From Octopus vulgaris (taxonomy: Eukaryota), in contig OX597824.1 of the NCBI GenBank assembly GCA_951406725.2, forward strand, positions 64,666,001 through 64,730,000: a stretch of 64,000 nucleotides of DNA. The letters are read 5' to 3'. A program made the position numbers and the translations under genes. Below, piece by piece: positions 1-14,053 of this stretch; within the stretch, counting starts at the first letter, position 1; each line of letters starts with the position of its first letter. The notes under the pieces were generated by a model, which worked only from the letters and a program-made list of their open reading frames with translations, searched no databases and was not told where the DNA came from.

Positions 1-54
1 ACAACCTAACAGACACACAGACACGCACACAGACAAACTGCCGTTTATATAGAA

Positions 55-59
<5 letters not shown>
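1..59 (-). mobile_element. 5' end of a non-autonomous Helitron-like element (runs off the window)
   Basis: The minus strand reads A|TCTCTTTCTATATAAACGGCAGTTTGTCTGTGTG, the same 5' architecture (TC, TATATAAA, then GTCTGTGTG) as the complete elements at 50744 and 22490. Confidence 0.55.
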
Positions 60-97
<38 letters not shown>

Positions 98-119
98 TAT
101 ATATGTATATGTATATAAA

Positions 120-208
<89 letters not shown>

Positions 209-360
209 TAGTAAAAAGTGAAAAAACTACAGAAGGCTTGTTTTATACGGTTAAAGAATATATTTGAGTCATTATGTTCTCACCTATATATAAAACACGT
301 GAGACTCCAACTTTATATATGTGTGTGTGTGTGTGTGTGTGTATACACAAACACACGCAC

Positions 361-521
361 GACAGGCTTCTTTCAGTTTCGCTCAACAAAATCCACACAC
401 ATGTGGTTGGCCCGAGGCTATAGTAGAAGACACTTGCTGCCCAAGGTGCCATGCAATGAGACTGAACCCAGAACTATGTCATTGATAAGTAAACTTCATA
501 CCACATAGCTACCTCTGCGCT
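361..521 (-). mobile_element. SINE family A (tRNA head + CORE-like), 5' half
   Basis: Reverse complement of the family A head (ACCTTGGGCA..AGTGTCTTCTACTATAGCCTCGGGCC). Confidence 0.85.
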
Positions 522-1080
522 TACACTCACGCACGCACACACGCATACACACATACAAACACACACAAACATACAGACACACCCATACACCCCTACACAC
601 ACATGCATCGTACATCTGAGCTCATTAGTGATAGACAAAGAATTATAGTCACGCATGCTTCCTCTCTTTTCAATTTAGAGTAGATTTTGATCGACTATCT
701 AATTAATAGTAAAGTTCTAAAGGAAAACTTCAAAATCTTAAGGCCTTGCAGATTTTTATAGTCCCAGTGTATGTACGTACATATATATGTATGTACGTAA
801 GTACTATAAGTGTATATATAGTGTGTGCATATATGTATGTATATATGTATGTATGTATTAATGTATGTATGTATGTATGTATGTATGTATGTATGTATGT
901 ATGTATGTATGTATATATGCATATATGTATGCATACATGTATATATACACGTATGTAGGTATATATATGCATGCATGTGCATAGCTATATATGTAAGTAT
1001 GTATGTAAGTATGAATGGTATGCATGTATGTATGTGTGCATACATATATGTGTAAATGTGTATGTACACACACACAGTTG

Positions 1081-1156
<76 letters not shown>

Positions 1157-1279
1157 CATGCATGCATACATTCATACGAGTGAAAAACATGCATAGTTAT
1201 ATGCGTGTAAACACTGAACACAAAAAACGCGTACACACGCCCGCACACGCGGGTGCATGCACGTACAGAGTGAGGGAGA

Positions 1280-1320
<41 letters not shown>

Positions 1321-1538
1321 TGTGTGAGTGAGTGAGAGCGAATTACTTAAAAATTCAGCGTTACTAAGTGACATGCCTGTTTCTCAATATATAAACATCG
1401 GTCGATCGCCTCCTTGCTAAAAATTGGAACTAAATGCCCATTAAATCGCACCCTCTATCGCTTTGTAAAACGAAAACATTACGCGACCCGTGTCATGCAT
1501 TTACACGGTGATGGTTACAACTGGAATCCCTTTGATCT

Positions 1539-1652
<114 letters not shown>

Positions 1653-1770
1653 TACATGCACAAGTATATGGACATTTACATACTTCACATGCGATTAGAC
1701 AAGCAGTCAGACACTGACCGATAGATAGATAGGTAGAGATTGACGTATATATCATATATATATATATATA

Positions 1771-2153
1771 GTGGCTGTGTGGTAAGTAGCTTGCTAACCA
1801 ACCACATGGTTCCGGGTTCAGTCCCACTGCGTGGCATCTTGGGCAAGTGTCTTCTGCTATAGCCCCGGGCCGACCAATGCCTTGTGAGTGGATTTGGTAG
1901 ACGGAAACTGAAAGAAGCCTGTCGTATATATGTAGATATATATGTATGTGTGTGTGTGTGTTTGTGTTTGTCCCCCTAGCATTGCTTGACCACCGATGCT
2001 GGTGTGTTTACGTCCCCGTCACTTAGCGGTTCGGCAAAAGAGATCGATAGAATAAGTACTGGGCTTACAAAGAATAAGTCCCGGGGTCTATTTGCTCGAC
2101 TAAAGGTGGTGCTCCAGCATGGCCGCAGTCAAATGACTGAAACAAGTAAAAGA
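1771..2153 (+). mobile_element. SINE family A, full length
   Basis: A-box-like GTGGCTGTGTGGTAA, B-box-like GGTTCAGTCCC, CORE-like TCTTGGGCAAGTGTC, internal (TA/TG)n tract and 3' tail ending GACTGAAACAAGTAAAAGAG; more than 10 similar copies in the window. Confidence 0.92.
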
Positions 2154-2163
2154 GTATATATAT

Positions 2164-2196
<33 letters not shown>

Positions 2197-2252
2197 GTTT
2201 GTTTGTTTGTTTTTGTTTGTTTTTCCAGTTTCAGCTCTTGAGCTGTGGCATA

Positions 2253-2410
2253 TTGTGGTGAAAGAGTACAGCAGGGATCACCACCCCCTGCCGGAGCCTC
2301 GTAGAGCTTTTAGGTGTTTTCGCTCAATAAACACACACAACGCCCGGTCTGAGAATCGAAACCACGATCCTGCGACCGCGAGTCCGCTGCCCTAACCACT
2401 AGGCCATTGC
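2253..2410 (-). mobile_element. tRNA-derived SINE, family D
   Basis: The minus strand reads GGCAATGGCCTAGTGGTTAGG (A box) ... GGTTTCGATTCTC (B box), followed by a non-tRNA body; there is no acceptor-stem closure. Confidence 0.75.
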
Positions 2411-2625
<215 letters not shown>

Positions 2626-2766
2626 CATATAACAAACGTACTCAACGCGAACTGGAAATGTTGATGTGACGGACGGGCAGAATCGTTAGAGCTTCGGACA
2701 ATACATTCCAGGATTTAAACATTGTGTGTATGTTCACAAACACACACACACATACACACAAAATGC

Positions 2767-2797
<31 letters not shown>

Positions 2798-3009
2798 TGT
2801 ATGTATGTATGTATGTATGTATGTATGTATGCATGTATGCATGTATGCATGTATATACGTACATGATAGTTATCAAACTTAGTATTATGCGCAGAACTCT
2901 AGGCCTTTGATTCACTTCGGTAGCTTTACAACTGATAAAACAATAGCTATAGTCTGTATTGAGCATTTAGTTCTTTGCCTTGTTTGCAGCACAATATAAA
3001 TTTGTGTCT

Positions 3010-3169
<160 letters not shown>

Positions 3170-3251
3170 TATATATAGATAGATAGACAGGTTGATACAT
3201 ACATATACGCACACATATACACATATATACATATATATATGCTATATGGCT

Positions 3252-3635
3252 GAGTGGCTGTGTGGTAAGTAGCTTGCTTACCAACCACATGGTTCCGGGT
3301 TCAGTCCCTCTGCGAGGCACCTTGGGCAAGTATCTTCTACTTTCGCCTCGGTTCTACCAAAGCCTTGTGAGTGGATTTGGTAGACGGAAACTGAAAGAAG
3401 CCCGTCGTATATATCTGTGTGTATATGTTTGTGTGACTGTGTTTGTCCCCCCCCCCTACCGCTTGACAAGCGATGCTGGTGTGTTCTCGTCCTCGTAAGT
3501 TAGCAGTACGGCAAAGGAGACCGATAGAATAAGTACTAGGATCACAATGAATAAGTTCTGGGGTCGATTTGTTCGACTAAAGGCAGTGCTCCAGCATGAC
3601 CGCCATCAAATGACTGAAACAAATAAAAGAATAAA
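3252..3635 (+). mobile_element. SINE family A, full length
   Basis: Colinear with 1771-2153. Confidence 0.92.
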
Positions 3636-3749
3636 ATAATATATATATATATATTTCAAACAATTATAAGGAATAGGGAGACTGGTAGATCATGAAATTC
3701 TTCTTTTAATTTTACAATTGGTCATACAGCATAATTAGATGATTACAAT

Positions 3750-3834
3750 GACCGACACATGTTTCTGTTGCACAGAGTATGTGCAGTTGCACATGCTACC
3801 TAGATTAATTTTCTGTGCACCTTCAGTCAAGGTC
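3750..3834 (-). ncRNA. Degenerate type I hammerhead-like motif (Penelope-type)
   Basis: Minus strand GACC-TTGACTGAAG-GTGCACAG...CTGTGCAAC-AGAAACATGTGTC-GGTC. Stems I, II and III are recognisable but the core is corrupted. Confidence 0.45.
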
Positions 3835-4247
3835 CTTCAACAAGAGTGGTTCGAAGCGAACTTAGTTAATTTATTTTTTTGTGGCTAGTTTAAGATACCA
3901 AGTGATCTGATAGGGGTTATGTTGAATTCCGATATGGTTATAAAGTTTATATCTAGTGTGACCTCTGCCTAACACCAGTGTTAGGCAGGTCATTTATCTC
4001 CCCGTTGATCTCTGACGTCATCTGACAAACGTCACCAAGATGGCGTGAATCAACCAAGCTTTACCTGCTAGAAATAGCAACCCAAGTGCTTTTAAATCCG
4101 ATCTCAATGCTGAATGTTCCAGAACCAATGAAGGGCAGATTTTCAATCCCGGGGTCATCCAAATTCCCAAAACGGTATAATATGCTTATGTTGAGCAAAT
4201 GTAGGCTGAGATACAGGGATTCTAGACGGACAAAATTTCGCTTTTAC

Positions 4248-4320
<73 letters not shown>

Positions 4321-4329
4321 ATGTATGTA

Positions 4330-4495
4330 AATGTGCATGTCTTTGTGTTTGCGTCTATCTCCACCCACCGCTTGACAACCAGTGTTGCTTTGTTTACGCA
4401 CCCATAACTACAATCTACGTGCTGGAGTCGATGTGTTCGACTAAACTCTTCAAGGCGGTGCCCCAACACGGTCGTCGTCCAATGTCTGAAAAAGA
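4330..4495 (+). mobile_element. SINE family A variant, 3' half
   Basis: CCACCGCTTGACAACC...GTCGATGTGTTCGACTAAA...AAGGCGGTGCCCC matches the family A tail. Confidence 0.7.
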
Positions 4496-4568
4496 TACGT
4501 ACATACATACATACATACATACATACATACATACATACATACATACATACATACATACATACATACAT

Positions 4569-4802
4569 AGTGAACATAATAGACCAGACACTGTGATTTA
4601 GGATATGGAAGTGAAACTGTGTACAGAAGTGGAAATCAGCTACCCAGCAGAAGTTTCCAAATAGTTGAAGATCAGCGAAAAAGAAAACACTTGTGCTGAG
4701 CTATTATAAAATTTACAATTACTCTACCCAAATTACAAGTTCAGGTTTATACCCGTAATTATTTGAACACTGGGATATGTAACAAACTGCCTGAGCAATA
4801 TT
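4569..4802 (+). pseudogene. R4/Dong-like LINE fragment, restriction-like endonuclease region
   Basis: Translates as EHNRPDTVI*D...EVEISYPAE...LQLLYPNYKFRFIPVII*TLGY. This matches the RPD..E and IPVIIGALG motifs of the R4 elements at 17.5 and 19.2 kb. Confidence 0.7.
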
Positions 4803-4844
4803 AAGCAAAAATAGTACTCAATACTTTTTAGTAGAATATTTATC

Positions 4845-4959
4845 TATTAATTTTACAGGAAAACAGTTGACAGTAACTTTGAAGTTTCGACTGTCTCATG
4901 ACATCAGTGTTACTGAAACTTTGACATCATTGTCAACCTTTTCCCTGTAAAAATTAATA
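4845..4959. repeat. Imperfect 115-bp palindrome (MITE-like relic)
   Basis: TATTAATTTTACAGG..GTTGACA..AAGTTTC pairs with GAAACTT..TGTCAAC..CCTGTAAAAATTAATA. Confidence 0.7.
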
Positions 4960-5240
4960 CGCACACAAGCAAAAGAGAGTTCAGTATATATACATACGGC
5001 GAGCTTCTATCAGCTTCTGTCTACCAAATCTACCACGTTTTTAATGAGATAACTTATGTATTAAATTAAAAGATTTAGTTAACAATATATTTGTTAAGAT
5101 ATTTCGTGTTTTTATTTTAAGATATATTATTGAATTTTGTTCTAATTTTTATTGAAAAATTACGTATTTTTATATATATTTATAATTTCTTATATGTTAA
5201 TATACATATATTTATTTAATTATTTTATTGTTTTTATTTT

Positions 5241-5323
5241 GGACCTGATGAGTGACTATATTTAAATTGAATTGATTTAACTGTTATCAGTTTGAAAATA
5301 TAACCACGAAACACGTGTAGTCT
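5241..5323 (+). ncRNA. Type I hammerhead ribozyme-like motif in an AT-rich Penelope-like insert
   Basis: GGAC-CTGATGA-GTG...CAC-GAAAC-ACGT-GTA^GTCT; the palindromic stem III ACACGTGT is typical of dimer-acting minimal hammerheads. Confidence 0.7.
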
Positions 5324-5471
5324 ATTTACTAATTATATACTATCTATTTATTATTTTGTACTTTATTTATTTCCAGGTAAATGTTTTATTGTATATTTAA
5401 CTTTTTCTATACGGCATGATTTAATTATATCATTGTTGAATTGCTACATGGTTGTTCTTCTCTAATTTATA

Positions 5472-6025
<554 letters not shown>

Positions 6026-6259
6026 AACGATAATAATTTTATATATACATACACACGCAACACATACATACATACTAATCCGTTCATACATGCGCGCACA
6101 TACACATGCAATAGCACACACACACACACAAATGTATACACGCACGCACACGTATTCATATACTGAGCGACGGAAGAAACGACGTTTATAGTTAAAATGC
6201 ACACTCGTGCATCCACATATGCATAAGTCTGTGTGTGTGTGTATGCAACCACTATAGTT

Positions 6260-6496
6260 GGTCTATTATCTATTGCCCACAAGGGGCTAAACATAGAAGG
6301 GACAAACAAGGACAGACAAAGAGATTAAGTCGATTACATTGACTCCAGTACACAACTGGTACTTAATTTATCGATCCCGAAAGGATGAAAGGCAAAGTTG
6401 ACCTCGGCGGAATTTGAACTCAGAACGTAACGGCAGACGAAAAACCGCTAAGCATTTCGCCCGGCGTGCTAACGATTCTGCCAGCTCACCGCCTTA
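6260..6496 (-). mobile_element. SINE family B (Nin-domain-like), full length with 14-bp TSD
   Basis: Contains GCCTTTCATCCTTTCGGGATCGATAAATTAAGTACC (Nin-like). TSD CAACCACTATAGTT at 6246-6259 and 6497-6510. Confidence 0.92.
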
Positions 6497-6762
6497 CAAC
6501 CACTATAGTTTGTATTCCTTCACTGGGCAAGTATTACGTGTCACAAAATAACATCAGTAGTAAAAGTGTTGAATGCTTATATAAATAAGAAGGAATACAG
6601 CAAACTTGTTCGCCGTGTTCTTGCTGCTGCTTTATCAGTGCTTGCTGTTGTTTGTGCTGTTGTTATTGTATATCTCCTTACACAGTACACTCATGGTCAA
6701 AGATATTCCAACATTATCCACTCATGCCGTCTTTTTTCTCTCAGGCAATTGTTTATCTAGGA

Positions 6763-7081
6763 CAGTGGTTCCTAAAGTGTATGTTACTGCATCCCCTGGG
6801 GCGGTGGAAAGATCCAGGTTGAGGGGGCGATGAAGAAAGGGGGGTGATAATGGGGCGTCCAAAAGGGGACAATGGATGTAACGACAACAACAACAAAATA
6901 ATAGGTTTATTAGGTTAAGTTTTATTTGTGAGATATAGTTGTTTTGAATTTGTTTCAGAAAGTGATCTGTTTGAGGTGATAAGTATGGTGATGGTTGGCG
7001 TGAAACTAGGAATGTAACTTGGGGAAGGGGGAGGGGGAGGGGGCAAGGGTTCGGCAGCCAGAAAAAGTTTGGAAACCACTG
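6763..7081. mobile_element. hAT (Charlie/Buster-type) MITE
   Basis: TIRs CAGTGGTTCCTAAA / TTTGGAAACCACTG; exact 8-bp TSD ATCTAGGA (6755-6762, 7082-7089) with central TA. Confidence 0.9.
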
Positions 7082-8358
7082 ATCTAGGACTAAATTTTCA
7101 ATGTGGTGGATCCTCCTTATATTTTTGACGGTAGCGTGTGAAAATTATTTTGCTTCTAATTATTTCTTTACTACTAGTCATCGCAAATCAACTAGGTCTA
7201 TGACCAAAGGTATTGTCCATCCTGCCATTTATTTTTAAATATCTACGTTTTTAAGGAGAAAGACGGGGTGAGATTTTTACGTACGTTTTACTGCTATTTC
7301 TCGCATGCTGCATAGAATTGCCTTGATGGCGTGAGATGAGGATAATGATGATAGTAAAGAGGAGGGCTAAGTATTACTGAGGCAGTTTAACCCCAGATCA
7401 ACTCTGATCGACCAGATCTAAAATCAAATGCTTTCTAGTCAAAACCACTGTTCTTTTTTGTAGGCACAATGCATCTAGGACTGCATTATCTAGTGTGCCT
7501 TTTCTTTCAAACCACCCTTGTCTTTTTTTGTTGTTTTATTTTTGTTAAATGTGGATCCATATTGCACGATTTGTTGTTTCTTTTTTATGATGACGTTAAT
7601 GATAATGATGATAATGATAGTTATAGTGGTGTTGGTAATAGTGGTGATGATAATTATGATGATCGCGATAGTGGTGGTAGTAATGCTGGTGATGATGATG
7701 ATGGTGGTGATGACGATGATAACAAGGATAAGTATGACGTCTACTGGAGACAAGGTAGGTCTAGAGATGTGTTGATAGTACTTATTGAGGTAGAAACATG
7801 TATCCACAACTGTCCCTTTTCTATGTCGACTTTGGAGAATTTTTGATTCATGATATTAATTCCGCTTCTCATTTGGTGTCGGTTCCAGTAACCAGGCGAT
7901 GATTTTACTTTCTGTACATCCCCATAACTTAGCAGTTGGACAAAAGAGATCGATAGAATAAATATTAGGCTTTAAAAAGAAAGTAAATAGTGGGGTCGAT
8001 TAGTTTGACTAAAATTCTTTAAGACGGTGCCCCAGTATGGCTGCGTCGCAGGAGATAATTTTAATAAAGCAGGAATTCTTTTTCTGCTGTATTTAATATG
8101 ACTTTATAAGTTTTCGATGGTCAAATTCATGCCACTCTTGCTTCATTTTCATATGTGGGACAAGCCCGTTGTAGTTCAGGCTTTCATCGCTAGAAGTCAC
8201 TTGATGCAACCTTCAGGCATTAGTCTGCCAAAAGCAGCATCGTGAGGTGTCATACCGCCACGTGGTGCGTCTCTATTTTGCAGTGCTTCTCCCTCATATA
8301 GCTTACAAGGACGCTGCTACGAGCAAAACACTGGTTTCCATGCTTTAGGAATTGGCAT

Positions 8359-8805
8359 ATGTCGCCTGAAGTCCAACCTCGTGCAGTGCGACCTTCGACC
8401 TCCCAAATAAATGAAAACATCACGAAAATTCATGAACTGATCTTGGAGGACCGTCGCGGAACAATTGAACGTGTTGATATAACTGATGTGTCCTGGAGCT
8501 CCTGCCAACGAATTTTGAGAGAGAAATTGCGAATGAAACTTTTGCAGCAAAAGTTGTAACTCACTTGGTCACAGAAAATCAAAAGCAGTCACAAGTGAAT
8601 TCATGTCGCGAACTGAAAGAACCGTTGGAAGTTGATCTGGACCTTTTTTCGAAAGTGACGAAAACTAGTGCTACGAAAACTAGTGCTACGGCTACGATCC
8701 GGAAAGGAAGCAGCAATAAAGTCAATGGAAGCATTCGATGTCACCCACTGAGCGAAGAAAATCCTTAAAGGAAAACGTTTTGCAGATGTGGAAGAGATGA
8801 ACCCC
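8359..8805 (+). pseudogene. Internally deleted mariner transposase relic
   Basis: RPSTSQINENITKIHELILEDRR.TI, YDPERKQQ*SQWK and LKGKRFADVEEM are typical mariner segments, joined here across deletions and frameshifts. Confidence 0.8.
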
Positions 8806-8836
8806 AAACCATGTGGTTGGGAAGCTAGTTTCTTAC

Positions 8837-9066
8837 TTCTTTATTGCCCACAAGGGGCTAAACATAGAGGGGACAAACAAGGACAGACAAACGGATTAAG
8901 TCGATTATATCGACCCCAGTACGTAACTGGTACTTAATTTATCGACCCCGAAAGGATGAAAGGCAAAGTCGATCTCGGCTGAACTCAGAACTCAGAACGT
9001 AACGGCAGACGAAATACTGCTAAGCATTTCGCTCGGCTGGCTATCGTTTCTGCCAGCTCGCCAGCC
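8837..9066 (-). mobile_element. SINE family B inserted in a SINE A head
   Basis: TSD AGCTAG(T/C)TTCTTAC at 8823-8836 and 9067-9080; the flanks rejoin into a family A 5' end. Confidence 0.9.
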
Positions 9067-9866
9067 AGCTAGCTTCTTACCATACAACCACGCCTATGCC
9101 TATATACATATAAAAGAAAAAATAGGCATTCATATACTTACCGATGATTTAGCCTGTATGGAAGCAAAAATCAACTGCTCTCTATCACTGGGAGTGAGAA
9201 AATATCACATTCGGTTTGTGGCTGCTGATATGGCACCTCCAGTGACAGAGAACTGACGCCATTTTCTCCATACCAATAACTCTGAGGAGCACGGTTACTA
9301 GTTAGTCCCTTATTGCCTAATACCTTGTGCGAAACCGATTGGTAAGATCGGGTGTAACGAATGCATGTAGTATATATAGAGCGCATACATACACATAAAC
9401 ACACATACATGGGGATACCAGCAGACGTAAAATAGTACAAGTGAATAGAAGAATGAATACTTGACTGTATAGATGAATGAGTGTAACAGTGAAAAGACAA
9501 AAATCGAATATTCTATTTCATTTTCAGCTGCCTTCCTATCAGCGTCTGACCAATATTTTGTACTCTTACTATTTTAGATCCAGCGTTTTTCTAAGCTCTT
9601 GCTATCTCTTTGTCTCTGACGTGTTCTTGACTGAAACAAAACGATTTATGATGGACTCACTGTTTTTCATATAATACATGTACATATACACATATAAATA
9701 TGAATCAAGAATTATGTACACACGCACACACACCAAAACAATAGTATAAAAATATTTACATGGAAAATGAAAAGGCAGGAAAGAGACAGTTGTGCCTAAA
9801 TCTGGCCCCTTTGCTGGAAGTTAGTTGGAAACCATACTAATTTCAGTACTTAAGGCACACATCAAT

Positions 9867-10149
<283 letters not shown>

Positions 10150-10566
10150 CATAGCTGCCTATCAAACATATTCTGTCCCTTCTGCATACTTTCTGTAAAC
10201 AGACGAACTCTTAGAACGTAACACCAGACATAGAACGTGCACATCTCAATAACTGAATAAGAGAGAGAGAGAGAGTTGTGTGTGTGTCTACGTGTAAGCG
10301 CGCGCATACACATATATCCTTCTCTGGATGTGTATGTGTATTTGTGGGTGTTCAACACTCAGACAGTCCCAGATTTTAATCTGACAGCTATGAGATATTT
10401 CTCTTCAGTTCTGACATTGGAGGATTAATGGCGGTAGTATGTAACCTCTATATGTGCTGAACACACACACACGATTTTTTTGTGTGTATGCACATGTGTC
10501 TGTCTTTATATATGTGTGTATACATGTATGTATATATACATGTATATATATATGTATATGTATATG

Positions 10567-10598
<32 letters not shown>

Positions 10599-10729
10599 TG
10601 TATTATATTTGTCTGCATACAAATTCTATGTAACAATAACAATCTATGAACTATTAAAATATAGATACACATCATGCATGGCTACATATATATATATACA
10701 TGTATCAATCGCATACAAAACATATATGC

Positions 10730-10895
10730 ATACAGGAACGAAAACAGCTTGCAAATATCTGATCAACAAAAGCGATAATGATGTCTCCGTGCCTCTTAAC
10801 GTTGATAGAAAATATCAATGCCGTAATAGTGTGGAAGATAACACTCACTTCATCTGCAGCTGCCCCCAGAATATCATCATTATGTTATCTTGCTG
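10730..10895 (+). pseudogene. RLE-type (R4-like) LINE fragment, zinc-knuckle region
   Basis: KYLINKSDND...QCRNSVEDNTHFICSCPQ resembles the CCHC knuckle of RLE retrotransposons. Confidence 0.55.
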
Positions 10896-10952
10896 TGAAA
10901 TATCACCTTCTTACCAAACCTATTGTGTGTATTGTTTTTTACTAGGGCAACG

Positions 10953-11015
<63 letters not shown>

Positions 11016-11640
11016 CGTACGTATGTATGTATGTATGTATGTATGTATGTATGTATGTATGTATGTATGTATGTATGTATGTATGTATGTAGTTATTTAG
11101 TTTTATTTTAAGATTTCATACCAATAGAGAAAGAGCCGGTTTCTAACTTTGATCCAAGGTTCCTTCACTGGAATTTCAACATCAACAGGGTATTTTTGTA
11201 TGTATGTATGTACGTATGTATGTATGTTTGTATGTATGTATGTATGTATGTATGTATGTATGTATGTATGCATGCATGTATGCATGTATGTATGTATGTA
11301 TGTATGTATGTATGTATGTATGTATGTATGTATTTATGTATACTTAATTGATAAGCTTTTATTGCCTCAGAATAACCAGTAATTTCATCTCCCGCAGGAG
11401 ATGAAATGATCTTGCATCAAGGAAACAGTGTCGTTGTATTATTTGGTTGAGTTATGAAGGTTTTCCTTAGTGGAGGCATGAGTGAATGCTGGTTTATATA
11501 TTTTTATCTTATGTATATTCACAAATTTTCTTAGATTTGTTTTAGAGTAATTATGTACAGATTTTGTCGAGTTTGTGTAAATACTCATACGTGTTTCTAT
11601 AAGTGTGTGTTTGTGTTTGTTTGAGTGTGTGTGTGTTTAC

Positions 11641-11681
<41 letters not shown>

Positions 11682-12212
11682 GGGGAGAGAGAGGGAGAGA
11701 CAGAATTTGTGTTTTTGTGTGCATGGGTGAAGTAAAATCCATCTTAAAATTTATTTCTATTTCATTATCTGTAGCTGGTAGATTTCAAATCTCTAAGTTA
11801 ATAAGGACAAAGCACAAAGAATCTAGGAGTCACATGAGTGTATGTATGTATGTATGTGTGTGTGTGTGCGCGTGCGTGCGCGCGTGTATGTGTGTGTATG
11901 AGCGTGTGTGTTGTGAAGTCTGAATGGTTGTGCGCATGCACGTTTGAATGTTCCCAGTTTTCGTTGGACTTCAGTAGGGGATGGCTAATTTGGGATAATG
12001 GAATTTTGGAGATAATTGAAACTAAATATAATTTTCTATATTCGTGACGTCAAGTAACAGATGCTTGTTGTGAAATCTCAAAATAGAATTTAAATCTCAG
12101 ATGGACAATGAACGGAGTTTGGAAAGGAGGAATGTATGTGAGTGTACACGTGTGTGTGTGTACACGTGTGTGTGTGTACACGTGTGTGTATGTGTGTGTT
12201 GTGTTGTTTGTT

Positions 12213-12246
<34 letters not shown>

Positions 12247-12619
12247 CATGTGTGTGGCTGTGTGTGTATGAGTGTGAATGTGCGCACCGTGTTTGAAGGT
12301 GTGTGGATTGCGCTGGGATTGGCAGCGTTGATTAATTTGGGGAAAAGAATTTAGGGAATAACTGAAATTTAAGTTGATAAATGTTATTATTTTTTCTTTG
12401 CTAGTGAAGTCAATTAATGGCAACTTACTGTAGAATCTAAAACTAGAGTTTAGATTTCATTGCTGGTAAAGGAAGGAGTGTATAAGATTGGCAGGAAGGA
12501 GGGAACAAAAATGATATAAAGAGATGATAAAAAGAAACCAATGTTCCCAACGCCTTTAAACCTACTATTACTTTGTATGTTAAGAACACCACAGAGCTCG
12601 CACAGAAAGATGTAAGTGA

Positions 12620-12666
12620 TCGTCAGACACTGGTATTTCGGCTTGAATTAGCCTCTTCAGTGGCGA
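12620..12666 (-). ncRNA. Type I hammerhead ribozyme-like motif
   Basis: Minus strand TCGCCA-CTGAAGA-GGC-TAATTCAA-GCC-GAAA-TAC-CA-GTGTC^TGACGA; stem I has 5 of 6 pairs and the cleavage triplet is GUC. Confidence 0.7.
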
Positions 12667-12999
12667 ACAACCGCGATCATTCTGAGCGAAGTCGGAACTT
12701 TTGTTCCAGTAACGAAATCAACAAACAAAATATTCATTGATTTATGTGGAAGCTGACCAGACGGAAATGAAATCAATATACGCAAATGAAACAGTATGAA
12801 ATTATATCAACGATGGAAATAACATTTATAATGTATTATATTTTTCATTTTAAAATATAGTTGTTTAACTTTGCATGCAAAGTACACCATTAATATTTTT
12901 TATTTGATCTTCAGTTTGCCTATAATTTGTATTTTATCTCAAATTATTTTATTTCCTTTGGGCTACGAAGTGAAGAATATTGAAAAATCACTGCAGTAC

Positions 13000-13900
13000 A
13001 TGCGAGAAATAATACCTAGATCTCCTTCAAGTTACTTCCTACAGTCTTACAAATGAATATATGACTGGATGACGTTTTTCTTGATATATTATGCTTTAAA
13101 AAAAGATAGAACGACTTTGATCCTAGTTTTGCTTGATTAGAGATGATCTGATCCTAAACAACAACAACAACCAATCATTTTAAACACATTTCTATGGAAT
13201 TTCTCTTGACTTATGACCAAAATGTTTAGTAATTTTACTGTAAAATTCTGATTTAGATTATGCAACAATTATTTTTCAGTTGCTAAAAGGGATAAACTTT
13301 TCAATCTTTCTCTGCCTTGAATAATATTTAATTCTCAATCTCTGGTTCAAAGCAGAGAGACAGCTCTCTACAGATGACATTTTTGCTGAAAACATTAAAA
13401 TTAATTCACTAGTTTTTGCCACTACACTCTAAATGTTTTCTTTTTCAAGTTTATATAAATGGAATTTTGATTTTTCTCTTAGGAGACAGTTTCAAACCTT
13501 AAAAATCGTTTATATAACATTGCTGTCCAATGAATTACGTAAAACGTATGACAGCTGACATAAATGTCACTGACTTCATCAAGCATTACTAAAAGAACTT
13601 TGCTTGTTCGATTTCTTTTTAATTATATCATCGTATCATATGACAGATTCTGTGAGCTCGTTATTTGACATTCCACGGTAAGTCGTAACATTGTCAGAGA
13701 AACCTCTTAATTGACCATTATATTTACTTAACACGTCAATGTTCGGCATAGTTACCTCTGTTTCTTGAACTATTGGCTTCGTCATTACTTTTAAATGCTT
13801 GCCCACCTATCTTTGCGAAGTGAAGAAACACTATATCCATATAACGTTGCAGGATGTCTCTGTTGATTTAAAAAAGCTATGCTTATTATCACAAACAATC
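13000..13900 (-). pseudogene. Decayed hAT transposase (DUF4371/ZMYM1-like)
   Basis: Minus-strand fragments in the correct order: NDEANSSRNRGNY, NELTESV, KEIEQAKFF/VMLDEVSDI, QLSYVLR, YKRFLRF. Boundaries are approximate. Confidence 0.7.
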
Positions 13901-14001
13901 TTTGTTTCGATTGCTCCGTATATTACCAATCTTTGTTGCAGAGAAAGACATTTTTTCAGATATTACATCCTAAAAGTAGCTTTTTGATAGTTTTTTTCAT
14001 T

Positions 14002-14048
<47 letters not shown>

Positions 14049-14053
<5 letters not shown>

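Noticed and set aside
7385-7460. Old dispersed repeat (similar traces near 34700, 40210 and 52490)
   Set aside because: Too diverged to delimit or classify by eye.
7595-7725. Acidic Asp/Gly-rich exon (also the Ser/Glu-rich tract at 52760-52935)
   Set aside because: Decayed trinucleotide microsatellites with no convincing splice context.
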